From a virus (lineage: Duplodnaviria > Caudoviricetes): a stretch of 64,000 nucleotides of DNA. A model generated the notes under the pieces. The model was given only the letters and a program-made list of their open reading frames with translations, was not told where the DNA came from and did not search any database. The stretch lies in the IMG/VR virus record IMGVR_UViG_3300032030_002018. One strand, written 5' to 3'. The translations under genes and the position numbers were made by a program. This document shows positions 19,030 through 28,935 of this stretch, one piece after another. Every line of letters starts with the position of its first letter. The first letter of the stretch is position 1.

Positions 19030-20580
19030 TTATTTGCATAATCTATGCATCAAGTCCAATGAACTGAGCAGGTCATCGGATTTATAGATACGAGTCTCAT
19101 TAACTTTTTTATTTTCAGTCAAGAATTCAGGATTGCTGATGTTGATTTTGTTTCTGTTTTGCAACTCCCTTGAAATTGACTCGTATAGATTTCTTGATTC
19201 CTTGACTGTTTTCGCCTCATTTCCAAATCGTGCGATAATCTCCTTCTTTTCGTCAGAGCTGGTTGAGTTTTCAGAGATGAGTTTTATTATTTGTCCAAGA
19301 TTGACATTTGTCACAGCTGCTTCCTTAAGAATGCCTTTGAATTGGTTAAGAGCGCGTTTAAGTTCATTATTCTCACGGAAAATGTTATTTGCCCTTCTTA
19401 CAACTGATTCAGTAGTAACATCGTCTTCTCTATTGGAATATCTTGGGGTTACAGTTCCCTTTATTCTCCTTCCACCCTTGCTTGCGCTTCTTGCGCTTCT
19501 ACCGTTTGAGTTTGGAACGTGTGATTTGGAAGTTGAGTTTTGTTGAACGAAGCCCCCAACGTTTGTTGCCTCTTCAAGTTCCATATCGTCTTCTTCCTCA
19601 ACAGTTTTTCCTTTTCCGGCTGTGAAAGGTTTGTCTGCTGATTTCCTTGGATATCCTGACCAAGGTTTAGCGTCACCCTTTGGAACACCCTTATCCCAAT
19701 CTCTTACATTTTTGCCAGGTTCTGACATACCAGGATTACTCATAACATCATTTTTCTGATAGTTATCAGTATATCCAACGTTGGAATCGTATTCATTCAG
19801 GGCGATTTCAAAAATCATCGATTCATTCATTGTTTTATCATTATTATCTTCGTCTTCTTCGGAATCCTCATCAGTATCATCCTCCAAGACATTATCTTCA
19901 TCATCGTCGATTTCGACCTCGATATCATCGTCATCAGTGTCGTCGTCTTCTGTATCATAAGAAACCTCAATATCAACATCGTCATCAGTATCGTCAATAT
20001 CAACATCTGTATCGTCAAAATCAGTGTCAATATCTGTATCAACGTCTGTATCCGTGTCCATATCAAGAATTATCTCACTATCAGCAGAATCAGCGTCATC
20101 ATCAAGAACGATGATATATTCTGCCCCGGTTTCATTGTCTTTAACGTTGACCTTATTGTCAGTTTTCTTAATTACAACTTGGTCGTCGTTATTGAGCAAT
20201 TTATAAACCTTCACGACTTCATCGTCTTCCGCGTTAGAGAAATCATACTCGTCATCTGATACCTTATACTTATCAAAATCAGACCATTCCTCAGCATCAT
20301 CAGAATCTATATCTGAATCCATATCGCCTGTTTCATTTTCGTCTGAATCATCGGTATCAATTTCAGTATCTTCCACCTCTTCAACATCATAAGCGTCGTC
20401 ATCCTCGTCTTTGTCATCTTCTTCAGATTCGTTCAAGATTTTTGTATAGGTTTCACGAACTGCGTCATTAAGCAAATCCTTAACAGCATTTGTCGTGTTT
20501 TCCTTAAGCAATCCTTCGATATTGCTGAACTCATCAAGAGATTCCTTGACATATTTGCTTCTGATATTTTCTTTTTTCAT
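19030..20580 (-). CDS. prohead core scaffold protein, gp22-like
   Basis: directly upstream of MCP; very acidic; many L/I-x-E sites; coiled C-terminus. Confidence 0.7.
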   Translation of the reverse strand: MKKENIRSKYVKESLDEFSNIEGLLKENTTNAVKDLLNDAVRETYTKILNESEEDDKDEDDDAYDVEEVEDTEIDTDDSDENETGDMDSDIDSDDAEEWSDFDKYKVSDDEYDFSNAEDDEVVKVYKLLNNDDQVVIKKTDNKVNVKDNETGAEYIIVLDDDADSADSEIILDMDTDTDVDTDIDTDFDDTDVDIDDTDDDVDIEVSYDTEDDDTDDDDIEVEIDDDEDNVLEDDTDEDSEEDEDNNDKTMNESMIFEIALNEYDSNVGYTDNYQKNDVMSNPGMSEPGKNVRDWDKGVPKGDAKPWSGYPRKSADKPFTAGKGKTVEEEDDMELEEATNVGGFVQQNSTSKSHVPNSNGRSARSASKGGRRIKGTVTPRYSNREDDVTTESVVRRANNIFRENNELKRALNQFKGILKEAAVTNVNLGQIIKLISENSTSSDEKKEIIARFGNEAKTVKESRNLYESISRELQNRNKINISNPEFLTENKKVNETRIYKSDDLLSSLDLMHRLCK

Positions 20581-20755
20581 AATTTAAAAATAAATAAAAT
20601 TTAGTTTTCTTACAATTAATTATCAGTAAATTACAAATTTACCGATTTTTAGCATCATTTTTAAAAATAAATATATCATATTATTAAAAAAAATAACTAA
20701 AATATACCTTTAATTGAAAAAAAAATATATTTATATTAAAAAATCTTAAAAAAAG

Positions 20756-21910
20756 ATGAATAAAGGTGTAATAAAAGAGATAAAAAAGGGAGAAACAGGT
20801 AAGGGATTGTTAATTGAATCTGATGGATACATATCAATGAACCTGTCAGAAAACAACAGAAGGATATGCGAGGATTTCAGACAGGATGGATGGAATGTAC
20901 CAAAGCCATTCATCGTTGATGCTGTATTTCAGAAATTTGATACAAAAAATGCAAACGGAAGAATATATCCTGAGAAAATATTAAAGGAACAAGTTGAAAT
21001 ATACCAACAGAAAATCAAAGAAAGAAGAGCATACGGTGAATGCTATAAACCAGATGCACTGATATTAACTGAAACCGGATGGAAAACACTGGAAGAAGTT
21101 AAAGTTGGCGATAATATACTCACGTTAAATGTTGAAACAAATCAAATCGAAATTCAACCTATATATGAAAAGGTTGAATATGATTATGAGGGAGATATGA
21201 TAAGGATATACAATAGGAACATTGATGATATTGTAACGCCAGAACACCAATACATCGTATATGATAATGATACAAAAAAATATCTTAATAGATATACAGC
21301 CACAGAAATTATGTACGGAGATTTCGATGATAAACTATATATTCCAAATATCGGTATAAATGACGGAATTCTTCTAAAAGACGTTAAATCAGAAAAAATC
21401 CCATATAATGGCAAAGTTATGTGTGTAAAAGTTGAAAATCACAACTTCTATGTTATGTGTAACAATAAAACACACTGGACATCAAATTACTGTAACCATC
21501 CGTCGGACACCACAATTGACCTTGGACGAATATCACATAACATCATTGAGTTACATTGGGTTGGAAAAACACTTGTTGGAAAAATGGAACTCAACATATC
21601 TGAAGGTTTCAGGCGTAACGGAATATGTTCGTCATATGGAGATACTGTTGCATTGCTATTGCTTAATGGATATAAGATTGGAGTGTCTTCAAGAGGAGTT
21701 GGAAATGTTGAAATGAAAATGGGAAATTATATCGTTGGAGACGATTTTGAAATAATCTGTTGGGATACCGTTTCTGACCCAAGCACTCCGGGGGCTTTTA
21801 TATCATCAAACGGTCCTGATGAATTACGGCAATATGTAGAAAATTCAGAAAAGGATAAATCAAAACTTATTTCAGAAAAAATAAACAAAATAAAAAACAT
21901 ACTTAAATAA
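20756..21910 (+). CDS. prohead core protease, T4 gp21-like, with intein
   Basis: NANGRIYP, GE[intein]CNHP, SHNI, GVSSRGVG, DTVSDPSTPGA. Confidence 0.92.
   Translation: MNKGVIKEIKKGETGKGLLIESDGYISMNLSENNRRICEDFRQDGWNVPKPFIVDAVFQKFDTKNANGRIYPEKILKEQVEIYQQKIKERRAYGECYKPDALILTETGWKTLEEVKVGDNILTLNVETNQIEIQPIYEKVEYDYEGDMIRIYNRNIDDIVTPEHQYIVYDNDTKKYLNRYTATEIMYGDFDDKLYIPNIGINDGILLKDVKSEKIPYNGKVMCVKVENHNFYVMCNNKTHWTSNYCNHPSDTTIDLGRISHNIIELHWVGKTLVGKMELNISEGFRRNGICSSYGDTVALLLLNGYKIGVSSRGVGNVEMKMGNYIVGDDFEIICWDTVSDPSTPGAFISSNGPDELRQYVENSEKDKSKLISEKINKIKNILK
21041..21487 (+). mobile_element. mini-intein (149 aa, no endonuclease) in gp21
   Basis: CYKPDALILTETGWK block A, VTPEH block B, YNGKVMCVKVENHNFYV...HWTSN blocks F/G. 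Confidence 0.88.
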
Positions 21911-22008
21911 TAGCAATGATATACTATTTTACCTAAATATCTAAATAATAATGAGCAGCCAAATAAATGACTGCTCATTCTATTTTTTATACACATATGT
22001 CAAATGCA

Positions 22009-24144
22009 TCAAGATGCTGCATATATTTTATCAGCATAATATTTCCAATTGTCTGCTGATTTATATGAATCAACCATATTTGAAGGGACATATATTTTGA
22101 AATCATTCCCAACCTTGTTAAACGCACCGTATCCAAGAGTTACAACATTGCTTTCATTATCAATCGTAACTGAAGACAAATTAATGCATCCAACAAACGA
22201 TGACGCACCTATATTTGTACAACCTGAAGGTATTACAATTTCAGTCAAGCTCTTACATAATGAGAATGAACAAGTTCCTATTGATGTGATATTTGATAAA
22301 TCAACACCAGTAAGGCCAGTTGCGCCATAAAAAGCAAAACTACCAATTGAAGTAGCACTAGACGGAATCTCAGAAGTGCTACATCCTGCAACTATGCAAT
22401 TTGAAGGAAATATTCTTACAGGAGAAGATGGAGATGCACTCGTATAACTATATATATTCTGTGTAGACATTATAACATTCTTTCCACCATCAGTATAATA
22501 AGTATTTCCAGTATCAACAGTTATGTTTGTCATACCCTGACAATTCTTTAATATACCCTCCCTTATTGTAGTAACACTTGCAGGAATAGTAATTGAAGAC
22601 AATGACTTACAATCAGCAAAGAAATAACTTCCAATTACTTTCAAAGCGTTGGAAACTGGGTCAAAAGAACCAGAAGAAGTATTAAACTCAAATGAACGTA
22701 AATTTACACAACCACTAAAAGTAGCACCATACTTAGCAGTAACATCTGCACCAATACCATCATTACCAGCAGGTTTATCGTCACCTCCCAAAATAGACGA
22801 ATGTAACGTCATACTGACAGAAGTCAAAGCACTGCATCCATAAAAGGCATAATTACCCAATATCTGTAAAGGGGTATTAACGAAATCAGCACTTTCAAGA
22901 TTTATGCACTTCTGAAATGAATATCTTTTAACAGCTTTGACATTCGCATTAACAGATGTAATACCACTGCAATTTACGAAAGATGAATTCTGAATACTCT
23001 TTATTCTTGAATCACCAAAATCTGTTGATTTACAACCTGTAACTAAATTACCAGCATCCGTAGAAGTACCAACAACAACAGCATTAAGAGTATTGCCAGT
23101 ATAATATCTACTATTATTATTTGCTACCTCAATGAAATCACAATTTGATAATTTCTCAGTAACACTAGTAACACCTGACGGTATAGTTACAGAATTAATA
23201 CTCTGACAAAATAACGCAAAACCACCAAAAGACTTGACATTCGAAGGTATAACAGTATTCTTACAACCAACAATCATCTTGTTGTCAGATTTACTGATAA
23301 CAGCGTTACAATTATTTCGACTGTCATAAACAGGATTGTCAGAATCAACCGTAACAGCAGATACATTATAACATTCTGCAAAAGAAGAAGAACCTATACC
23401 AGTTATTCCTGAATGTATGTGTATGGAAGTCAAACCATTACAGCCATAAAAAGCATTGTTATCAATACCAGTGATAGTATCAGGTATAACAGTGTTCTTG
23501 CAACCAACGACAATATGATTATTCGAAACGTCAATTACAGCATTACATTCATTACCATTAGCATCCATTGAAGTGTATTTAACATTCCTTTCATCAACGA
23601 TAATGCTCTCAAGAGAAGTACAACTACGTAAAGCATCACCATTTATATCATTTACATTATAAGGTATCGCCAAATGCTTTAAATTATAAAGATTAGAAAA
23701 ACTTGAATTAATCTTCTTCATATAAGGCGATATAATCAAAGTGGATATATTATGGCAATCAAACAATCTGGTATTACATTCAGGAGAATAAAACTCATAC
23801 GCGAACACGTGCCTTCCAACAGTCTCAAACTGCCATATCAAACCATAAGAATGAGTACTACCAGAATTATTACTCAATATCTTCACACCATCAACATACC
23901 AATCAAACGAATTCGCATCCCTGAAAGAATTAGACGTTACCTCAATCGGCTCATTCAGTAAATCACTGGTAACATCTAATACACCAATTATATAATAACG
24001 CTTGTCATAATGAACCTCACCTAAATCGCCACCTTCAATCAAGTAAGAACTTACATAAGTGTCAGCAGAAGTTATAGTCCCCTCATAATCCCACTGAGTC
24101 TCATTGTCACTAAATAAATGTATATATCTATTATCTAATATCAT
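22009..24144 (-). CDS. BspA-type leucine-rich repeat protein
   Basis: many IGxxAFxxCxxLTSIxIP repeats, YDSRNNCNAVI units, C-terminal IYVP...YKSADNW. Confidence 0.9.
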   Translation of the reverse strand: MILDNRYIHLFSDNETQWDYEGTITSADTYVSSYLIEGGDLGEVHYDKRYYIIGVLDVTSDLLNEPIEVTSNSFRDANSFDWYVDGVKILSNNSGSTHSYGLIWQFETVGRHVFAYEFYSPECNTRLFDCHNISTLIISPYMKKINSSFSNLYNLKHLAIPYNVNDINGDALRSCTSLESIIVDERNVKYTSMDANGNECNAVIDVSNNHIVVGCKNTVIPDTITGIDNNAFYGCNGLTSIHIHSGITGIGSSSFAECYNVSAVTVDSDNPVYDSRNNCNAVISKSDNKMIVGCKNTVIPSNVKSFGGFALFCQSINSVTIPSGVTSVTEKLSNCDFIEVANNNSRYYTGNTLNAVVVGTSTDAGNLVTGCKSTDFGDSRIKSIQNSSFVNCSGITSVNANVKAVKRYSFQKCINLESADFVNTPLQILGNYAFYGCSALTSVSMTLHSSILGGDDKPAGNDGIGADVTAKYGATFSGCVNLRSFEFNTSSGSFDPVSNALKVIGSYFFADCKSLSSITIPASVTTIREGILKNCQGMTNITVDTGNTYYTDGGKNVIMSTQNIYSYTSASPSSPVRIFPSNCIVAGCSTSEIPSSATSIGSFAFYGATGLTGVDLSNITSIGTCSFSLCKSLTEIVIPSGCTNIGASSFVGCINLSSVTIDNESNVVTLGYGAFNKVGNDFKIYVPSNMVDSYKSADNWKYYADKIYAAS

Positions 24145-24180
24145 AAATTAACCTTTTTTTGCTAAATGCAATTATATCTT

Positions 24181-24318
24181 GTGAACTACCCACAAACTAA
24201 AGATTCGTAGGCTTCTGACTTCTCAGCGAATTGCCCTTGAAAGGGTCTTACATCTGCTCCATCAGTGTAATCGACAGTCCCTGCCGATATATTTCTTAAT
24301 ACTTCCGAAAGGATATTA
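24181..24318 (-). mobile_element. IS200/IS605 tnpB 3-prime remnant / orphan omegaRNA-like right end
   Basis: minus strand reads NILSEVLRNISAGTVDYTDGADVRPFQGQ (TnpB-tail-like), then a subterminal hairpin ending GGGTAGTTCAC. Confidence 0.7.
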
Positions 24319-24921
24319 AATACAATTAAATCTTATAAATCTCCTTATAGACTCATTCACAGCACGCCTAATGGAACGATTTATGGATTCTAATTCAACG
24401 TTGAATGTAGCCTTATCATTAGCCATTTGCTCAGCATTGTTTGCATCATCTTTTATTTTCTTTCTGTCTTTCATAGACTGCCTATACATAAACAAATTAG
24501 CACCTGTAAGTTGTTTCCCTATTTTACCAATAATAATACCCCTTACCCTGTCTAATACTGGGTCTGATTTATATTTGGCATTTAAAGTTTTCTTAATTGT
24601 CTGAGCTTTGGTCTTTTTACCGCCTTTGTTATTTAATTTAACAATAGCCTTTGCTAAATCCTGTTGGTATTTGTCATATATATAATAACAACTCTTAAAC
24701 ATTTCAAGGTCATCATCCTTAATATAATTCGTAACCTTATCAGTTGTGTTTGCCCTGAAATTTGCAAAGAAATCATCAGCCAAATGGGAGATATCAATCA
24801 TATCATCAATATAACCCATTATGTCACCAGAACAAGGCAACATAATATTCTCAAAGAAATCTGCCACATCAGTATCAATCAATTCCTTTGTCTGCTCAGG
24901 TGTTAGTTCATAATAATCCAT
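24316..24921 (-). CDS. hypothetical protein
   Basis: 201-aa ORF; C-terminal IRRAVNESIRRFI resembles the leader motif. Confidence 0.65.
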   Translation of the reverse strand: MDYYELTPEQTKELIDTDVADFFENIMLPCSGDIMGYIDDMIDISHLADDFFANFRANTTDKVTNYIKDDDLEMFKSCYYIYDKYQQDLAKAIVKLNNKGGKKTKAQTIKKTLNAKYKSDPVLDRVRGIIIGKIGKQLTGANLFMYRQSMKDRKKIKDDANNAEQMANDKATFNVELESINRSIRRAVNESIRRFIRFNCI

Positions 24922-24924
24922 ATT

Positions 24925-25116
24925 CTATTCAACATCCATATATCCATTATTATCATTATCTCTGTCAGATACAAACTGATTCATCTTGTTCAATATGTCC
25001 AAACATTCCTCATCAGACATTATATCCAACCTGCCAACTGCTTCATTTACAGCCTTTTTCCTTAAAACATTCTTCGTTTCCTCACGAATTATATCCCTTA
25101 ATCTATTTCTTCTCAT
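24925..25116 (-). CDS. hypothetical protein
   Basis: MRRNRLRDIIREETKNVL, leader-like; tight operon spacing. Confidence 0.6.
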   Translation of the reverse strand: MRRNRLRDIIREETKNVLRKKAVNEAVGRLDIMSDEECLDILNKMNQFVSDRDNDNNGYMDVE

Positions 25117-25565
25117 TTTATCTTAACTTTACTAACATTGACATCATTGCGGTCAAAAGCATAAGACATCTCATTACATACCTCAAACGCCATATCACCC
25201 ATAACATCCTTTAAATCATTTAACTTACGAACAATATCACCATTCTGAGTCACATATAAATCAAAAGTGACAAACTTACTACCACCAGGTTTCTGACCAC
25301 ATAAATTTAAATCAAAATCAAATATGTATCTGTTACTAAAAGTATCAGAATGACCATTTACAACACGTTTCACAGCATCACGCACCCGACGGTAAACAAA
25401 GTTCTGAACATCATCAGTGAAATCACCATCATTACTCTTTACCCAAGTCTTGCCACTTATATATACAACAACAGGATTCAACCTGTCAACGCAACCAATC
25501 GATACCCTTACCTTGTCAGAAATATTATCCAATTTGATATCCTTACCCAATCTGCTCTTATTCAT
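25113..25565 (-). CDS. hypothetical protein
   Basis: 150-aa ORF in operon. Confidence 0.65.
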   Translation of the reverse strand: MNKSRLGKDIKLDNISDKVRVSIGCVDRLNPVVVYISGKTWVKSNDGDFTDDVQNFVYRRVRDAVKRVVNGHSDTFSNRYIFDFDLNLCGQKPGGSKFVTFDLYVTQNGDIVRKLNDLKDVMGDMAFEVCNEMSYAFDRNDVNVSKVKIK

Positions 25566-25612
25566 AATCTAAACCTCTTTTTTATAAAAAATAAAGGTTT
25601 CAATCATAAAAG

Positions 25613-26527
25613 TCAAATGCCGCCATCCATAAGTATATCCCTAATCTCCAATAACTTCGCAATGTCACCAACAATGGTCTCAGAACAATAATCCATACCA
25701 GATATATCACCCTTCAACTCCATTAAACGGCTCTTGTCAGCCTCATCAGCACCATCAATCATCTCATCAATCTTCTTCAAACAATCATCCCTGAAAGAAC
25801 AGAATAAATTCTTCTTACGATTGTCAGCACCAACAGACTTTGCATCAATTATCTGATTCACAAGCTCACGCTCATCCTCATTCAACATATTGTAAGCATT
25901 CTTGGACTTGCACTCATTAACAACATCAACACGCTTATGCTCATCAATATACTTACTTACATTCTTCCTCGATTCCAATAAAGTCGATATGTTTCCCAAC
26001 GATTCAACCTTTAACATAAGTTTCTGACAATCATTGAAAAACCTCTTCCTATCCTCAGATAATAGCGAAGAAGGCTTTATACCATTGCGAACCAATAAAT
26101 CAGATAACTTCCTGTTGGATTCCAATAACCTCTTCCTGTTTATCTTCGAACGTAACAACTTTACAGCACGATTTAAATAAGCATCAGAAGAAACTGATTC
26201 ACTTAACCTGCTGTTATACTCATTCAACGCATTGTAAAAACTAAACTGGGCGGATAAATTGACATCATTCCTAATCATATTCATTATCTCAGACAATAAC
26301 TTCCTGTTACCCTTGAATAAAGACGGAACATTCTCAATAATAATTTCATTCAATATGCCGAAATTATCACAACGGGATTCAGATAACAAAGCATCAGAAC
26401 GACGCATTGAAGATACCTTACCCTCCAATAATTCCTTAGCCCTGTCAAAACCATTATAATCGCCATTGACAATACTGTCATTCATCATACCAATGTATTT
26501 GCCAATAATATTACTTCTTCTAGACAT
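25613..26527 (-). CDS. hypothetical, probably head-associated protein
   Basis: helical, repeated LLxE sites; TATTTAT motif upstream. Confidence 0.6.
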   Translation of the reverse strand: MSRRSNIIGKYIGMMNDSIVNGDYNGFDRAKELLEGKVSSMRRSDALLSESRCDNFGILNEIIIENVPSLFKGNRKLLSEIMNMIRNDVNLSAQFSFYNALNEYNSRLSESVSSDAYLNRAVKLLRSKINRKRLLESNRKLSDLLVRNGIKPSSLLSEDRKRFFNDCQKLMLKVESLGNISTLLESRKNVSKYIDEHKRVDVVNECKSKNAYNMLNEDERELVNQIIDAKSVGADNRKKNLFCSFRDDCLKKIDEMIDGADEADKSRLMELKGDISGMDYCSETIVGDIAKLLEIRDILMDGGI

Positions 26528-26630
26528 AAAAAAATATTTTTTTCTTAAATAAATATAACAAATATCCAATATTTTCCGTTTAGTTTAATAATAATTATTA
26601 AACTAATGAAAATATTATGAAAAATAGAAT

Positions 26631-26655
26631 GGCAATTATAGACGAGTTGACACGA
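26631..26655 (+). repeat. IS1595 terminal inverted repeat copy
   Basis: ggcaattatagacgagttgacacga; 24/25 match to reverse complement of 36707..36731. Confidence 0.85.
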
Positions 26656-26705
26656 AATAAAAATGAGCAGCCATTAATTTGACTGCTCATTTTGTATTTT
26701 ATACA

Positions 26706-27479
26706 TTACCAATACTCTCTTTCATCTGATGTATCCAAATAATCACTACACCTTCGTTCTAATTCATCAGAAATTTCCCGCCTAATGAATTTCCTTAATC
26801 TGATTTTATCAGAATCATTAGGTACATATTCATTTAAAATCTTACCTTCTATTCTATTCAACAATTGTGATATTTCTCCTTTTATGCTCTTTTTCTCATA
26901 ATCATTGCCATAAACTGATATATCAAGTATATGTAGTAGGTCTTGATTTAATTCATCGTCGAAACATTGTTTAATAATACTTCGCCAAGAAGAATTCCCC
27001 TTTTTATATCCGTTCCTATCTACATTGTCTCTATTCAATCCATTCTTGTTGAACCCCTGACGATTAAAACCATCTCTATCAATACCATATCGGTTAAAAC
27101 CTTCTCTATTATATCCTTCACGGTCATAACCTCTATTGTTGAAACCTTCTTTATCAAAGCCACTTCTTCCAAAACCATTCTTATCATAACCTTCTCTATC
27201 ATATCCTTCACGGTCATAACCATTAACATCCCTTTTTGGAATTCTCTTTAACCCTATTTCTGGTTCCCGATTATTTGTTTTAACTAAAGTATCTGTTGTT
27301 ATCCAATCTTTAGGCATTTTACCATTGTATTCACCAAACGTATCATCCAAATATTTCCTGGTACCGTATTTATCATCAAGTTTTGGCTTTACCTCTATTT
27401 CATTTAATATTCTTTTCACAGACTCTGATACTATTCTTCTCAATCCTGATTCTGTTAATCTAACTCTATTTTTTCTCAT
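26706..27479 (-). CDS. LTESxL-leader protein with G[YF][DN]xx pentapeptide repeats
   Basis: MRKNRVRLTESGLRRIVSESVKRILNE; GYDREGYDREGYDKNGF... repeats. Confidence 0.8.
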   Translation of the reverse strand: MRKNRVRLTESGLRRIVSESVKRILNEIEVKPKLDDKYGTRKYLDDTFGEYNGKMPKDWITTDTLVKTNNREPEIGLKRIPKRDVNGYDREGYDREGYDKNGFGRSGFDKEGFNNRGYDREGYNREGFNRYGIDRDGFNRQGFNKNGLNRDNVDRNGYKKGNSSWRSIIKQCFDDELNQDLLHILDISVYGNDYEKKSIKGEISQLLNRIEGKILNEYVPNDSDKIRLRKFIRREISDELERRCSDYLDTSDEREYW

Positions 27480-27559
27480 AATTTTCATCAGTTTAATAAT
27501 TATTATTAAACTAAACGGAAAAATACTGGATAATTGTTATATTTATATTAAAAAATATA

Positions 27560-28207
27560 ATGGATACAAAGGAAATCAACAAGATTATAAACAAATTATA
27601 TCGCATTGTTCAAAAAAGCGGATATAGCGGAAAACTGTATCGTGACGACGACTGGTCAGGATTATTCTCAATAAGAGAGATTGTCCAACCAGTACTTCCA
27701 CCAGGATTCAGACTGATTATGAACCACGTGTACGGATATACACAAGACGGCAATTCAAAGGAATATCAATTCACAGTCGAACACGAAGAAACCGGAGAGC
27801 AAATAATTGACGGATATATCACAGCTCACGCAGCCGGGAATATGAACGATAAATGGAGCGCATACGATATAACAGCACAATGGGCAAAACATAATAATAC
27901 ATATACAGAATCAAATAAGATGAAAAAGAAACTTGTAAGATTAACAGAATCTGACCTACATAGAATTGTTAATGAGTCAGTAAGAAAAGTATTGAGAGAA
28001 TGGAACAATGATTACGAAGGAAACGACTTAACATACGATTCAATAAAAATGCAAGCAGAACATATCATACCACAAATGGAACAGAATGGAGAACCAATCT
28101 CTTGGAGGAATGTTGCAAAACAAATGGGATTCAGACTTGAAACACTCAACGGAGATGATATGGAACTGCTCAAAGACACAATAGAAGAAGTTATGATGTA
28201 TATGTAA
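27560..28207 (+). CDS. protein with internal LTESDL leader
   Basis: internal MKKKLVRLTESDLHRIVNESVRKVLRE. Confidence 0.75.
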   Translation: MDTKEINKIINKLYRIVQKSGYSGKLYRDDDWSGLFSIREIVQPVLPPGFRLIMNHVYGYTQDGNSKEYQFTVEHEETGEQIIDGYITAHAAGNMNDKWSAYDITAQWAKHNNTYTESNKMKKKLVRLTESDLHRIVNESVRKVLREWNNDYEGNDLTYDSIKMQAEHIIPQMEQNGEPISWRNVAKQMGFRLETLNGDDMELLKDTIEEVMMYM

Positions 28208-28246
28208 AAATAATAAATCCAGCCTGAATTTCAGACTGGATTTTTT

Positions 28247-28549
28247 TTATTCAACATACTCAGAAGTCACATCCTCTTCCTCATTGACTTCTTCCTCCTC
28301 TTTATCTTTTTCCTTCTTCCTAATGCCATATACTTGTTTCTTGGCGTGACCAATCATACCCAAATTGTCCAACGATAAGTTAACACCCAATAAACCACTG
28401 ACAAATAACAACATCTGAGCAGTAAACCATAACACGGTTGAATCAATAATACCCTCAGGCGGTATGAACAACGCAATGAAACCAATAACCAACGCAGTCA
28501 GAAAAGCCAATACAGACAATATCGCCTTCAATTTATAATAATCCCTCAT
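28247..28549 (-). CDS. putative holin
   Basis: two TM segments, charged C-terminal tail, in lysis-like cluster. Confidence 0.55.
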   Translation of the reverse strand: MRDYYKLKAILSVLAFLTALVIGFIALFIPPEGIIDSTVLWFTAQMLLFVSGLLGVNLSLDNLGMIGHAKKQVYGIRKKEKDKEEEEVNEEEDVTSEYVE

Positions 28550-28935
28550 CTCTTAATCCTCCACACAATTTTAAATATTATATACGCAATGCCAATTACA
28601 CCACATATAATCAAATATAACTGCCATTGCTTAAGCTTATTGACCTCAACAACCTTCGTTATCGTAACAGTCTTTATAATAGGTATTGTATCAATCTGAC
28701 GCAACGTGTCCCTGGATACAATACGCTTCACAACAACCTTCTCCTTGGTGTCATATACAGTGTCACCCTTACGTTCAATATAACGAACAACAGAGTCATT
28801 GACAATAACACTGTCAACCTTTGTAACATACTCAGTCCTTACCCTCTCAACCTCAACAACACGCTCAACAGGCTTGCAAGAGAATAATAATAACGAGAAT
28901 AATACAAATACCAAATAATAATTAACCCTTCTCAT
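28546..28935 (-). CDS. putative unimolecular spanin
   Basis: lipobox LLFSC, beta-rich middle, C-terminal TM followed by basic residues. Confidence 0.65.
   Translation of the reverse strand: MRRVNYYLVFVLFSLLLFSCKPVERVVEVERVRTEYVTKVDSVIVNDSVVRYIERKGDTVYDTKEKVVVKRIVSRDTLRQIDTIPIIKTVTITKVVEVNKLKQWQLYLIICGVIGIAYIIFKIVWRIKR

Noticed and set aside
19830-20420. Asp/Thr-rich low-complexity DNA as a separate repeat element
   Set aside because: Explained by the acidic region of the scaffold protein
22009-24144. Diversity-generating retroelement acting on LRR or paralog genes
   Set aside because: No reverse transcriptase and no adenine-specific TR/VR pair seen in the window
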